This document shows, in pieces, positions 47,663 to 58,171 of a stretch of DNA of 64,000 nucleotides. A model generated the notes under the pieces. The model searched no databases, was not told the DNA's origin, and saw only the letters and a list, made by a program, of their open reading frames with translations. Position 1 is the first letter of the stretch, and the number at the start of each line of letters is the position of its first letter. The stretch comes from a virus: IMG/VR virus record IMGVR_UViG_3300042695_002264, positions 32,001 to 96,000 of that record. One strand, 5' to 3'. The translations under genes and the position numbers were made by a program.

Positions 47663-48547
47663 TTACATTTTTTTGTTTTTTTCGCCCCCGCAACCAGCGT
47701 CATCAATCTCATTCATTTCGACCTCTTCAGTCTCAGATTTATAATTTGATGAACCGCAATTTGGACACTTTTCAGCTTTTTCGCCTTCGTATCCGCAATC
47801 TTCACATTCATATTCGTCTTCTTCTTCGTCTTCCGAAGATTTAATTTTTTTTGCCAAAACTTCTTTTGCTTCGGCTTTATTTTCTTCAACAAACATGATA
47901 TAATTATGAATAGCCAACATATAATCTTCTGTAATGGCTATTTTGCCTTGTAGCCAAGGCTCTGTTAAATTTTCTTTAACCATTGGGCTGTCAATGGCCG
48001 CAATAATATTTTCTGCATGCTTTTTGATAGAATTTAAAGAGCCTAATGACATATGGAAGAAATCCATCTTGTACTCTTCCAAAGAGTCTTCCGAAGCAGT
48101 CAAGTTATGTTCTTTTTTTGTGCTTTCTGGAATAGCATTTACAAATTCTTGACCTTTACTTTTTGCCTTGCGATAAAGTTTTTTAACAAAAGCATCGTAA
48201 CTCATATTGCCGCCCATTCTGCCAAAATTGCTAATAGCATCACGTACATCTTGAGGGCTTACGATTGGAAAACTGCGTGTTTCTGGAAATAAAAAGTCAC
48301 TATCTTTTAGTTCACTGCGTTTTTTACCACCATAAGTTTTTTGTGCAGCTTCGTTAATGATTAAAATTTCATTTCCTTCTGATCCTAAAACAACATCGGC
48401 GCTAGCTTTAGCTTTTTCCCACAGAGAATAGCATACAGCAGCGCGCTGCTTTTGATTTTCAAAATCTTTGCCCATTGTATTGTCACCCATACATCTGGAT
48501 ACAAAGTCACTTTGCTTTTCTTTTCCTTTTGGGCTTGGTAATGGCAT
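47663..48547 (-). CDS. modular hypothetical phage protein
   Basis: MPLPSP...FVSRCM...QRAAVCY; C-terminal CEDCG...CPNCG zinc ribbon. Confidence 0.75.
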   Translation of the reverse strand: MPLPSPKGKEKQSDFVSRCMGDNTMGKDFENQKQRAAVCYSLWEKAKASADVVLGSEGNEILIINEAAQKTYGGKKRSELKDSDFLFPETRSFPIVSPQDVRDAISNFGRMGGNMSYDAFVKKLYRKAKSKGQEFVNAIPESTKKEHNLTASEDSLEEYKMDFFHMSLGSLNSIKKHAENIIAAIDSPMVKENLTEPWLQGKIAITEDYMLAIHNYIMFVEENKAEAKEVLAKKIKSSEDEEEDEYECEDCGYEGEKAEKCPNCGSSNYKSETEEVEMNEIDDAGCGGEKNKKM

Positions 48548-48569
48548 AATTATTAATATTAATTACACC

Positions 48570-51152
48570 CTAATTTTCCAAAGTTTCCTTTGAATCTTTT
48601 AAATCCTTTAATTTGCAATAAATCTTGTTGGACTGTATGCCTAAATCATTTATATAAATTGCGTCTGGCCCCTTTACGGCTCCAGAAATGACTACGATGT
48701 CGTTCTCTTCTGGAAGCTTGCCACCATTCTTGTCCATCATTTCTTGAATTTTATTGCGGTTACTGTCAAAAACCATAGCTGCGACTTCACTAGTTTCGTC
48801 AGAAATCATAACTTTAACATATTTATTGCCGCGCTGCGATGTTCGTTTGGTAACTTCTTGAACAACGCCAACAACCATTACTTTATCACCCTCTTTTTTG
48901 CTTTTAATATCAATAATAGAATTAAAAGATGGATTCTTTTCTCGATAAATTTTATTTAAAGATTGCGAGTATGGATTTCCAAGAAGAGTATATTCATACC
49001 AAAAATTTGCCAGATCTTCATTTCTACTATTTAATAAATAGATTTTTTTGTAAGGCTCATATTTTTTCTTAATAGTTTCAAACCTAGATGGCTTGATAAT
49101 AAAATCACCATCGGTTGCATCTGAAAGCTTTTTAATATTATCAAGAATATCTGTTTCTCCATTGGCAAACATTTGACGGATCATGTTTTTTTCACGATCT
49201 GTAAGAATATTGTATGTTTGAGCTTCTAATGCTAGTTTAGATCTTGACTTGCCAAAGCCATCAAGCGCACCAGCTTGAATCATTGCCGAAAGAGCGCCAA
49301 TATTAATTTTAGCTTCTTTAGCAGCATCAAAGCATTCAATTTTATTTGTAAAATTAGAACGAAATGCAATAACATTTTTAAGAGTTTTTTCTGAAATACC
49401 CTTAATGGCTGAAAGTCCGTAGCGAATGTTATCACCTTCAATTTTAAAATCAACATCTGATTTAGCCAAATGCGGCGGCAGCAGTTCAATGCCAAAAGCT
49501 TTCATTTCATGACAAATCAATCTTGATTGCTCAAGGAAATCTGATTCGTTAACAGCCATTCGTAGAAGTGCCAAGAAAAATTCTTTGGGATAATTAAACT
49601 TTAAATATGTGGTAATTGCAGAAAGAGATGCGTATGGATAGGCATGCCCTGCACAGAATGAATAGTTCGCGCTGTCTTCGAGAATTTTCCAATAGAAATC
49701 AGCAATCTCTTCGCCAAGTTTTAGTTCTTTTGCTTTGGTATAAATAATCTCTTTCCATTTAGGCATCTCTTCGCGCTTTTTCTTACCAACAATCTTTCTT
49801 AAGGTTTCAGCTTCGCTCAGTGTGAGCCCAAAAACTTTATGCCCAATCGCCATCATTTGCTCTTGGTACAGTGCAGCGCCACCAGTTCTTTTTAATACCT
49901 CATCAACCTTTGGGTGAAATTCTGGAAATTCTCCATAGTTTGCATATCGGGCATATTGCTCTGCGAAAGCTAAAGCCCCTGGTCTTGCAATTGCTACTAC
50001 GGCAGCAAGCTGATCTAGATTTTTTGGCTTTACTTGCTTACAAACATTATAATTTGTAAACGCCTCAATTTGAAAAATTCCATGCGGGTATTTTAAATCT
50101 TGTAAATGTGCATAAACAGTCTCGTAATCTTCAACATCAATATCAAAATAGTTTATGCCCACTTGCGTACAAACATCTTGCACTACAGAAAGGCTTTTTA
50201 GACCCAAGATATCAAGTTTGAGATTTATTTTTCCTGCCCATTCCATGTTGTATGAAGAAACTCTCTCCTTGTCAGATGTCAGCTCCGTTGGGCAAAAATT
50301 ATTAATATTTTCATAAGAAACAAGATTTCCAGAGGCGTGAACGCTTTTGTTCCTCATCAAGTCTTTTAATTGAATAGCTACATCGTAAATATCTTTATTT
50401 TCGTCACACCATTTTTTAAAATCTTCGTTATCTTTATATTCATCGTCAATTTCGTTAATCTTGCCAAACTTTGACTGGATCATAGAAGTAACAGCGTTCA
50501 TCTCATCTTCTGTTTTATCTCCAACTGTCTTTCCGCAATCTTTGATTAAAGCTCTTCCAGATAGGGTGCTTGTATTTAAAATTTTTGCCGTCCTATTGGG
50601 GTAACGCTTTTCTAAGTACTTAATAACTTCTTGGCGACGATAATAGCAAAAATCCATGTCAATATCTGGCAAGAAGCTTCCATCAAAATAAACAATACCA
50701 TCCACAATAGTTTTTTTGGCTCTTGTAGCTGAAATGAATCTTTCAAAATAAAGATCATACTTGATAGGGTCTACCTTTGTAACTCCAATCAGATAAAGTA
50801 TTAGGCTTGATGCTGCAGATCCGCGACCAGGCCCAGTTGGAATGTTTTCTTTTTCGCAAAAGTTGATCACATCCCAAATCATTAAAATATAGTCAACAAA
50901 TCCAAGATCTTGCAGCACTTTGAATTCTTTAACAGTACGCTCTTTGTATAAGTCAATATTTGCCCCATCTTCTTTTAATTTGGGAATAATTTTTTTAAAA
51001 CCAGACTGGCAAAGAGCCTGTAAAAAGTCATCATTTGATGCATCTTTTGATAGCCCAATTTTCTTTTTTTGAGTTGCTGTAAACTCAATAGTGGGACATC
51101 TTACGCCATGCAGAGGCAAGTCTAATTTATCAAAAGATTCTAGAAAGTTCAT
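48570..51152 (-). CDS. dnaE: DNA polymerase III alpha core lacking the PHP domain
   Basis: GPGRGSA, LYFERF, PDIDMD, KLDILGL, GIFQ, YQEQ, IRYGLSAIKG, C-terminal OB fold. Confidence 0.93.
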   Translation of the reverse strand: MNFLESFDKLDLPLHGVRCPTIEFTATQKKKIGLSKDASNDDFLQALCQSGFKKIIPKLKEDGANIDLYKERTVKEFKVLQDLGFVDYILMIWDVINFCEKENIPTGPGRGSAASSLILYLIGVTKVDPIKYDLYFERFISATRAKKTIVDGIVYFDGSFLPDIDMDFCYYRRQEVIKYLEKRYPNRTAKILNTSTLSGRALIKDCGKTVGDKTEDEMNAVTSMIQSKFGKINEIDDEYKDNEDFKKWCDENKDIYDVAIQLKDLMRNKSVHASGNLVSYENINNFCPTELTSDKERVSSYNMEWAGKINLKLDILGLKSLSVVQDVCTQVGINYFDIDVEDYETVYAHLQDLKYPHGIFQIEAFTNYNVCKQVKPKNLDQLAAVVAIARPGALAFAEQYARYANYGEFPEFHPKVDEVLKRTGGAALYQEQMMAIGHKVFGLTLSEAETLRKIVGKKKREEMPKWKEIIYTKAKELKLGEEIADFYWKILEDSANYSFCAGHAYPYASLSAITTYLKFNYPKEFFLALLRMAVNESDFLEQSRLICHEMKAFGIELLPPHLAKSDVDFKIEGDNIRYGLSAIKGISEKTLKNVIAFRSNFTNKIECFDAAKEAKINIGALSAMIQAGALDGFGKSRSKLALEAQTYNILTDREKNMIRQMFANGETDILDNIKKLSDATDGDFIIKPSRFETIKKKYEPYKKIYLLNSRNEDLANFWYEYTLLGNPYSQSLNKIYREKNPSFNSIIDIKSKKEGDKVMVVGVVQEVTKRTSQRGNKYVKVMISDETSEVAAMVFDSNRNKIQEMMDKNGGKLPEENDIVVISGAVKGPDAIYINDLGIQSNKIYCKLKDLKDSKETLEN

Positions 51153-51817
51153 TTCTTTCTTAGCCTATTCTTTTTTGAATAATTTAGCAACATTGTTTGT
51201 TCTGTTTTTTGCATTTCGACTTTTAATCTTGGGACACCAATATGATCAGCAATTCCTAGTTGATATGTCGCTTTTGCATCCAAATAAAGATCAGCGTTAT
51301 TATTTTTAATAAGCATTTTTTCAAAAGTGCCAGATTTCTTTTTGCAATTTTTATCCAGCATTAGAAGTAAATTACTATTTAGTTCAGAACAATGCTCTGC
51401 GCTAACAGCAATATCTGAGAATTTTCCATAATACTCATGAGATACCTGATGGACAAGAACATAGCCATATTTTGAAATAAATCTCATTCCATGATCACCA
51501 GCAGATAACAAAACTGCGCCACAGCTAAACGCTTTTCCATCACAAATTGTAGCAACTTTTTTGGTAGAGCTTTCAATAATAGAAAGCATTGCATGGAGAG
51601 CATAAACATCGCCACCATAAGAATCTACGATTATGGGAATAATTTCTTGATCAGAAGATTCGAGTCTGAAAAAATCTTCCCGAAATTCGTTAACTGCACC
51701 TTCGCAAATTTCATTAACAATAATAAAGTTATTGTTTTTTCTTTTATTTAAACCTTGTAAATCTTGAATATCGATTTCAAACGGCAAATCATCTTGATTA
51801 ATTTTAATTTCTTTCAT
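51149..51817 (-). CDS. clpP: ClpP-like serine protease
   Basis: DSYGGDV, GKAFSCG (Ser), LVHQ (His), DLYLDA...LGIAD (Asp). Confidence 0.88.
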   Translation of the reverse strand: MKEIKINQDDLPFEIDIQDLQGLNKRKNNNFIIVNEICEGAVNEFREDFFRLESSDQEIIPIIVDSYGGDVYALHAMLSIIESSTKKVATICDGKAFSCGAVLLSAGDHGMRFISKYGYVLVHQVSHEYYGKFSDIAVSAEHCSELNSNLLLMLDKNCKKKSGTFEKMLIKNNNADLYLDAKATYQLGIADHIGVPRLKVEMQKTEQTMLLNYSKKNRLRKK

Positions 51818-52482
51818 TGGTTTAATAAGTAAAGTTGTTTTTTTAGAATTTGATATGTTAGTTCAACATCGTACAAGCCATTGTGAGCAAGACTTTTATC
51901 GTATGGGATGCTGTATTTCTTACAAAGGTATTCTACTGAAGTTTTAAGGCCTTTTCTATTAAAAGATTTAAGTTTAAAATTCCAAGCTGCTTGTGATTGG
52001 CCTTCAGGTTTTTGATATCCAATCTCTATAGCTTTTTCAATATTTTGAACATCGTATATTCGTTCAACATACGAGTAATCACTTTTCTTACCTAAAGATC
52101 TTCGAAAAGTGTTATGTATAAAAATATCAAAACCAATCAGGTTAGCTCCAGAGATTAAAATGTCTCTATCGAATAAGTATTTCTCAAAATGTTCGAGAAC
52201 TTCGCTTGGATCTTCGCTTTTTTGCTTGTATTCGCTATGAATAAAGCCAGTTATTCTTGCAGCATCTGTAGACATTTTTAAATCTGGCCAGAATGGAAAG
52301 CGATCATATTCTTCAATTTTTTCATTCCCTTGATAAAGGCAGTAAGAAAGTTGCCAAGGTCTGGATGAAAATAAATTTAAATCCTCAGTTTCAAAATCGA
52401 AAATGAGCCACTTTTTATTATTATCAAATCTTAATAAATTATTAATTTTACGAGCCATGAACTTCACCCTTCCATCGTTCAA
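51814..52482 (-). CDS. DEDDh 3'-5' exonuclease (DnaQ/epsilon-like)
   Basis: DFET, N..GFD, AHNGLYDVELT. Confidence 0.88.
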   Translation of the reverse strand: MNDGRVKFMARKINNLLRFDNNKKWLIFDFETEDLNLFSSRPWQLSYCLYQGNEKIEEYDRFPFWPDLKMSTDAARITGFIHSEYKQKSEDPSEVLEHFEKYLFDRDILISGANLIGFDIFIHNTFRRSLGKKSDYSYVERIYDVQNIEKAIEIGYQKPEGQSQAAWNFKLKSFNRKGLKTSVEYLCKKYSIPYDKSLAHNGLYDVELTYQILKKQLYLLNQ

Positions 52483-53203
52483 AATTAAATGTATCAGAAC
52501 TCATATAGTTTAATTCTGGTTTCGATAATTTAGATTTGTTTAAAATACAGCGAAAAGATTGATATGCTTTGAAATTTTCTGGCTTTTCATAGAAAATTGA
52601 CTGTGCTGGAGTTAAAGTGCAACCATGATCCGCAGAGCAATATAGCTCTAGAGCATCTTTTATAATTCCGTCAAACGGAAGACCATTATCTTCAACAAAG
52701 AAAGTATGCGGCATTCTAGACAGTGATGGTATGATTTCAGAGAATGTCATTGTATTTTTAGCTACAAAAGAATCGTAAAATGGAAATGCTATGGTTAAAT
52801 TCTTAGTGATGAGATCATTAAAGTTTTTCCAATCAATTCTCGGCAAATAATAAAACCCATACTCACTAGCCCAAGCCCAAATCTTGATTAGGTCTTTATA
52901 TCCTTTAGAATTTTTAATGAATAAAATAATTTTAGATTCATTTTTAAGACTTTCTTCTTTTGTTGAAGCATCGTCTGTGATGATCAATTTTAATCCAAAA
53001 CGCAAATTTAAATCAAGATCTTTGCAGTTCGAATATGCCTCAAGAAAACCAGTCATAACGCTTTCAACCAAATAAACATCTTGAATATTGTTATTTTTGC
53101 AAATATCAAGAATGGATTTAGGCCCAATCTCTGGACTTTCTTTATCTAAGGTTAAGATAGATCGCCCAGAATAATGGGATGTCCATAAAGGAACTTTAAG
53201 CAT
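52448..53203 (-). CDS. stand-alone PHP domain of DNA polymerase III alpha
   Basis: VPLWTSHYS...SIL, GFLEAY, LFIKNSKGYKDLIKI, FYYLPRIDW, as in DnaE N-termini. Confidence 0.8.
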   Translation of the reverse strand: MLKVPLWTSHYSGRSILTLDKESPEIGPKSILDICKNNNIQDVYLVESVMTGFLEAYSNCKDLDLNLRFGLKLIITDDASTKEESLKNESKIILFIKNSKGYKDLIKIWAWASEYGFYYLPRIDWKNFNDLITKNLTIAFPFYDSFVAKNTMTFSEIIPSLSRMPHTFFVEDNGLPFDGIIKDALELYCSADHGCTLTPAQSIFYEKPENFKAYQSFRCILNKSKLSKPELNYMSSDTFNFERWKGEVHGS

Positions 53204-53234
53204 TTTTTTATATTAGAGCTTGTTGGGGCAAAAA

Positions 53235-54242
53235 TCAATTAAAATCTGCACTGCCATAATGTGCGGGACAACCAGCGTATTCTAGCTTTTCCCATGACTG
53301 ATTATCGCCTACCTTTTCGTACTGAAATTTTTCTAGATAATCTTTTTCAAGAACTGTTTTAATAATATTTTTATTCTCATCGAATAGTCTGTAGTAAGAA
53401 AATGGATCGCGGAATGAGCATTTCCATCCAGACTTTGCGCCACACTTCCATCTTCTTGAATTATCATATAGAGCATAATCATTTTTTGCGTCTTGTTCGT
53501 CAAAATTAGAAATGATAGTATTCACATAAGATAAATAGTGCCGGAATCCTTCAATTTGCTCTTCAGTAAATTCAAGCTCTTGGAATGGATTTTTGGCAAA
53601 TCGTAAAAAAATAAATCGACCAATTACCTTTTTAAAGTTTGGAATTTTACCAGCCTTCTTTAAGAAATGTGCTGCAAGAGTATACATCATAGCTTGCAAA
53701 TTACTCTCAAGCTCTTCACCTCTAAACTGCTGCTTGCTTGACTTATAATCAGAAATAAAAATTGATTCTGTTTTTTTATTAAAAAGTATTTTATCTATAT
53801 AGCCAACAATTCTAAATTCAAGCTCTTCGTCAATAATATCAAAAGCATATTCCGAATCAAGAATTTCTTCGTGATCTTCTGGAAAAAATCCAGCTTCAAG
53901 ACCTACCTTAATCATTTCATAAATTAAACCTATGTTTGTTTTTTTTGATTTTTTATCCTCTTCAAACATTTCTAGCCCGTACTTATGACACTTGGCTCTT
54001 AAAAATCTTTTTATTAATGGGAACTTTTCAATATCGCAATCTGCTTCGTGCATTTCTTTTGCAAAACGTATCCATTTCGGCTTTGTTAAGAGTTCAAAAA
54101 GGTCATGGCATACTGATCCTCTTAAAGCTCCAGAGTTTGTCGTGTCTGGAAGTTTAAGATGATATTTGCTCCAATATAGCCATGAGCACTCTCCAAGGGT
54201 TTTAACCCTAGAAGCTGAAAGCTTTGTTAGTTCTTTATCCAT
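53235..54242 (-). CDS. PD-(D/E)XK nuclease (AddB/RecB/Cas4-like)
   Basis: LSASR...C, GSVCH, GYIDK, DYKS, QAMMY, C-terminal Cys residues. Confidence 0.85.
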   Translation of the reverse strand: MDKELTKLSASRVKTLGECSWLYWSKYHLKLPDTTNSGALRGSVCHDLFELLTKPKWIRFAKEMHEADCDIEKFPLIKRFLRAKCHKYGLEMFEEDKKSKKTNIGLIYEMIKVGLEAGFFPEDHEEILDSEYAFDIIDEELEFRIVGYIDKILFNKKTESIFISDYKSSKQQFRGEELESNLQAMMYTLAAHFLKKAGKIPNFKKVIGRFIFLRFAKNPFQELEFTEEQIEGFRHYLSYVNTIISNFDEQDAKNDYALYDNSRRWKCGAKSGWKCSFRDPFSYYRLFDENKNIIKTVLEKDYLEKFQYEKVGDNQSWEKLEYAGCPAHYGSADFN

Positions 54243-55116
54243 TTAAAATATTATTTATTTCTTCTTTTGAAGATTCACCCCAATCCTTACATTTAGGAAG
54301 GCGTATTTGAATCTGATCTTTGTTAAAAAATTCAAAAAGAGATTGCTGCATCTTTTCGGCAGCATTGTTTCCAGCAAAATTATTATCTGAATCATTATTT
54401 GTTGATATGATAATTCTATCAGGATCTGCTGCAATTAGCGATTTTAATATTGCCCTACCCAGCTTAAGCCCGAATAAAACTAAAAAGTTTTTGACACCAG
54501 CTTCCCAAAGTGCAAGACCATCGCCAATAGATTCAACAAGGATAATTTCTTTTTTATTTAAAATATCATCTTTATTCAAAAATGCAGGATATACCCAAGA
54601 ATCAACAGATCCGAGATGTTTCCATTTCGGAGTATTTTTAGATATTTTTTTGCCAATCCATCGCCCAGATATGCCGATAAATTCATTACGGTTATTTTTG
54701 ATTGGAAAGACGTAGCGATTATACATTGCGCTTTTGGTTGTTTTTGGTATAACTCCACCAAGAAAGAGTTCTAATGTGGCGTCACTAATACCCCTTTCAT
54801 TCCAATAAGAGTGATTTTTTTGCAAGCTTTCTAATTCACTTTTATCAAAAACTTCACCAGATGAAACTATAGTTTCTTTTTTAACTGGTATTTCTAAATT
54901 ACCATCAAATTTTCCACCACTTATTTCTACAAGCTTTTTAAAATCCCCACCTGTACCCCTTGCAAAATCAATCCATTTGCCAGAATCTTTTAGAATTCTT
55001 AATGAAGAATCGTTATCTGAATCACGATAAATTGGCTTTGTGCGCCACTCCTTCCCGCGATCAAGAAGTGTATATCCCAACCCCTCTAGGACAGTTTTGA
55101 AATCTACACTTGTCAT
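54235..55116 (-). CDS. dnaG: DnaG-like primase (TOPRIM)
   Basis: YWNERGI, RYVFPI, GISGR, PKW, LVESIGD, NND, KDWGE. Confidence 0.85.
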   Translation of the reverse strand: MTSVDFKTVLEGLGYTLLDRGKEWRTKPIYRDSDNDSSLRILKDSGKWIDFARGTGGDFKKLVEISGGKFDGNLEIPVKKETIVSSGEVFDKSELESLQKNHSYWNERGISDATLELFLGGVIPKTTKSAMYNRYVFPIKNNRNEFIGISGRWIGKKISKNTPKWKHLGSVDSWVYPAFLNKDDILNKKEIILVESIGDGLALWEAGVKNFLVLFGLKLGRAILKSLIAADPDRIIISTNNDSDNNFAGNNAAEKMQQSLFEFFNKDQIQIRLPKCKDWGESSKEEINNILNG

Positions 55117-56591
55117 TACAACAATCCATCTTCTTGATTTTCATTTTCAAATACGTTAACATCAACATTTCTTGCGTTAACGACATCTTCAAGCGTTCCA
55201 CATTCGCTAACTTGAAAATTTTCAACCTTATAATTAATAAAGTTAGGTTTGTAAGTGACTCTGCCTCGGTCATCGACAACGCGAACAAGATTTGAGTGAC
55301 CCCTTGCATTTTTACCCTGATAGCGCGTAGCAAGCTCAATATACTTATGAGTGCCAAACTGGACACCATCTTCAGCCTGCTCTTCGATTGTTTTTCTTCT
55401 AAAGATACCAACTTGAGAAGCAAACCACTGTAAACGATCTGACTGTGCAATGGCGCTAGAGTCATCTGTGCCACCCTCTGCCGATCTGTTTAATTGACAT
55501 GCAGTAAGTAGTGGAATGTTTAAGCGCAAATGACATTCTTTTAGCTTATCAACCTTTTCTCCAATAAGCTGATATTCTTGCTTATTTCCATCAGATTCTC
55601 CTGTAAGCTTAATATAGTCATAAACCACAATTGCAGGATTTCCACGACCAACATCACCATAATACCAGCGCTGAATCAAAGAAGTAATTTCTTCTGTCTT
55701 TTTTCTTGCAACTGTCATGTGCTGAACATGGCCAAGAGCTTGTTTTAATTCTTGCTTTTTGGATTCAAATTTTGCATACAACTCTCTATTCTTTTTATAA
55801 TTTCCCGTTTCAAGCCACCACATTGGAACGCCAGTGATTGCACTTGCAATTCTAAATTTCATATCTTTAGTTTGCATTTCGGTATCCAGAATTAAAGCCT
55901 TGCAATTTGGATTAAGCAATGCTGTTTTAAATGCAATATCATTCAAGATTGTGCTTTTGCCGTGCTTTGGTCGAGACACCCAAGCATATACCTCTCCATT
56001 ACGAAGACCGCCGTACATTTCATTAAAATTTTTATATGGAGTAACGAGACCAGTATCGTTGATAGGATTATCTCCTCGCTCCTCAATCATTTCAACAATG
56101 TCATCAAAAAGATCTTCAGGCTTTTCATTAAGATTATATGCTGAGATTTTTTCTCCATACATTTTATCAGCCAATGCAACAATTTCATCAGCTTCCATTT
56201 CCCCAGCAGAAATCATAGACTGGGCCATGCTTGAGGCCATTGTGTGTATGTCACGCCTAATAGAAAGTGTTTTTAATCTACGGCATGCATCTTCCAAAGC
56301 CTTATCGCTAATCTTAATGTATGAAAGGCTCTGTAGATAATTTAAAATATCTAAATTTCCTTTATAGGTAATGCCAAGGCTCTGCAGTCTTTCTGAAACG
56401 AGAACTGGATCGCTTGACTTATTATGCAAAGCGCAGTCTTTTAGTATTGCAAATATAGCACCGTGAGGCTTATGAATAAAGTCTTCTTCAGAAATTAAAT
56501 GAATTAACTCAAGTAGCTTCTTGGGATTCTTTAAGAACCCTGCTATACAGTGTTTTTCAATTGTTTGATTTGCGATCTTGTCTTGATTCAT
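55116..56591 (-). CDS. dnaB: DnaB-like replicative helicase
   Basis: SRPKHGKS, DTEM, VYDYI, CQLNR. Confidence 0.92.
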   Translation of the reverse strand: MNQDKIANQTIEKHCIAGFLKNPKKLLELIHLISEEDFIHKPHGAIFAILKDCALHNKSSDPVLVSERLQSLGITYKGNLDILNYLQSLSYIKISDKALEDACRRLKTLSIRRDIHTMASSMAQSMISAGEMEADEIVALADKMYGEKISAYNLNEKPEDLFDDIVEMIEERGDNPINDTGLVTPYKNFNEMYGGLRNGEVYAWVSRPKHGKSTILNDIAFKTALLNPNCKALILDTEMQTKDMKFRIASAITGVPMWWLETGNYKKNRELYAKFESKKQELKQALGHVQHMTVARKKTEEITSLIQRWYYGDVGRGNPAIVVYDYIKLTGESDGNKQEYQLIGEKVDKLKECHLRLNIPLLTACQLNRSAEGGTDDSSAIAQSDRLQWFASQVGIFRRKTIEEQAEDGVQFGTHKYIELATRYQGKNARGHSNLVRVVDDRGRVTYKPNFINYKVENFQVSECGTLEDVVNARNVDVNVFENENQEDGLL

Positions 56592-57202
56592 TGCGGCTTG
56601 ATTTGGCTATAAATAGGCTTAACAACATTATAGTGATAACTATCAAAATTGTCAATTTCAATATTACTCATTGTGTGCCAAGTTACAGCAAAATCAGCAT
56701 ATTCTTTGATCATCGGCGAATTTGCTTTTTCTTCGAAATTGGCTGGGTCAATCAGTTTGTTGTGTTCAATTCTTTCAAGGTGAATTAATTTTCCACCTTG
56801 AGATTTAATCCAGTTATGTTCGTCTTGTTCGTATTCGGCATATCTAATATCTGGAATAATTGCAATAAATGGTTTATCGCTAGATACAGAATGGGCATCT
56901 GCTACAATTTGTTTTTGCAAGATGCTAGTCCAATATGTTCCATTGGTTCTTATTCTTTGAATTTTTCCATAGCTAACTAATAGTTCACGAAATTTTGATT
57001 TTTCATTCGTGTCTTCTGTCCAAACATTCATTGAGCATTTTTCAGCCAGAAATTGCTGCATATCTTTTTTAAGCTCATTTGCTAATGAGTATTTTTTAGC
57101 AATAAATCCATCGCGTTTAAATAGCTCTATAAGACAATTTGCGAACGTATCCTTGCCGACTCTAGCTGCGGCACCAACTCCAATAAGTTTAATTTTATTC
57201 AT
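56588..57202 (-). CDS. deoxynucleoside monophosphate kinase
   Basis: GAAARVGKDT, SLANELK, IPDIRY..E. Confidence 0.8.
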   Translation of the reverse strand: MNKIKLIGVGAAARVGKDTFANCLIELFKRDGFIAKKYSLANELKKDMQQFLAEKCSMNVWTEDTNEKSKFRELLVSYGKIQRIRTNGTYWTSILQKQIVADAHSVSSDKPFIAIIPDIRYAEYEQDEHNWIKSQGGKLIHLERIEHNKLIDPANFEEKANSPMIKEYADFAVTWHTMSNIEIDNFDSYHYNVVKPIYSQIKPQ

Positions 57203-57731
57203 GTGCTAAAATTTTCCAATACTTGGGGTCTGCATAAATTTCTCCAGAATTAATTTTCATTAAATATTCAACGATTTCACCCCAGGATTCAAATACAAGA
57301 TCCATATTAATAAGCCCAGCCAACCAAAGTGGAAATTTTTTCTTATCATCAGTATAAATAAGAATTGGCTTATTCTGCAAAGACGCAATTACAATCTCGT
57401 GTATTGTTCCGAAAGTCGGGACTTCTGGATCAATTTTTCCAATAATAAAAGTAGAAAGATCAACCATGCGAAGGTCACGGCTAATAACACCTTTCATATA
57501 TTTAGAAATAGATTTCCAATCACCACATTCTCTTTGAGTTTTTAACTTATCTCTATCTTCTTGCGTTTCTGTAAGCTGGTTTGCAAAATGGTCATTATTT
57601 GGATCGAAACATTTTATGCCAATTTGTTTAACCGCTTCTGTTATTGTAATACGCCAATCAAAACAATTATCTGAATATTCAATTGGGCCAACCAAATAGC
57701 AATAAGAATTTTTTAAAAGTTCAAGATTCAT
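57195..57731 (-). CDS. nucleoside 2-deoxyribosyltransferase-fold protein
   Basis: YLVGPI...WR...FDP...DLRMVDLS...GTIHEI...KP. Confidence 0.8.
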   Translation of the reverse strand: MNLELLKNSYCYLVGPIEYSDNCFDWRITITEAVKQIGIKCFDPNNDHFANQLTETQEDRDKLKTQRECGDWKSISKYMKGVISRDLRMVDLSTFIIGKIDPEVPTFGTIHEIVIASLQNKPILIYTDDKKKFPLWLAGLINMDLVFESWGEIVEYLMKINSGEIYADPKYWKILAHE

Positions 57732-58171
57732 GAATCATTATTAAAGCAATATTTGCTCTGTATATCAATATTAAAAGTATTTTGTACCCATTCTAGGCTT
57801 AAATTTTTGATATCATTTTCGTTTATTCTAATGATAAAAAAGCCATTGTTTTGTAGCCACTCATCTTTTTTTTGGTCGCGCTTCAAGCTATTTAAAAAAC
57901 CAATTCTATTTTTGTGATGAAATTTTGAAAATGTATTGTGGAAATTACCATCTGCCTCCACAGCAAACATTTTATCAAAATTAATTAAATCACAATTTAA
58001 TTTTGTTCCTAGTACGGGAAACTCTTCAACGCAATTATCGTACTTCCAGTATTGTTTAAAAAACTGTTTTATATTAAACTGGAATTTACTTTTAGAGCCT
58101 TTATCCCAATTAATCCTGTATTTTTTTAACGATACACTTTTTGCCCTACCAAAAACATCTATAAGCCTCAC
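57728..58171 (-). CDS. DUF559/Vsr-like endonuclease
   Basis: EEFP, CD, AVEADG.FH, RDQKK...G...IRI. Confidence 0.8.
   Translation of the reverse strand: MRLIDVFGRAKSVSLKKYRINWDKGSKSKFQFNIKQFFKQYWKYDNCVEEFPVLGTKLNCDLINFDKMFAVEADGNFHNTFSKFHHKNRIGFLNSLKRDQKKDEWLQNNGFFIIRINENDIKNLSLEWVQNTFNIDIQSKYCFNNDS

Noticed and set aside
48570-53203. Split-intein DnaE
   Set aside because: No intein terminal motifs at either end of the split
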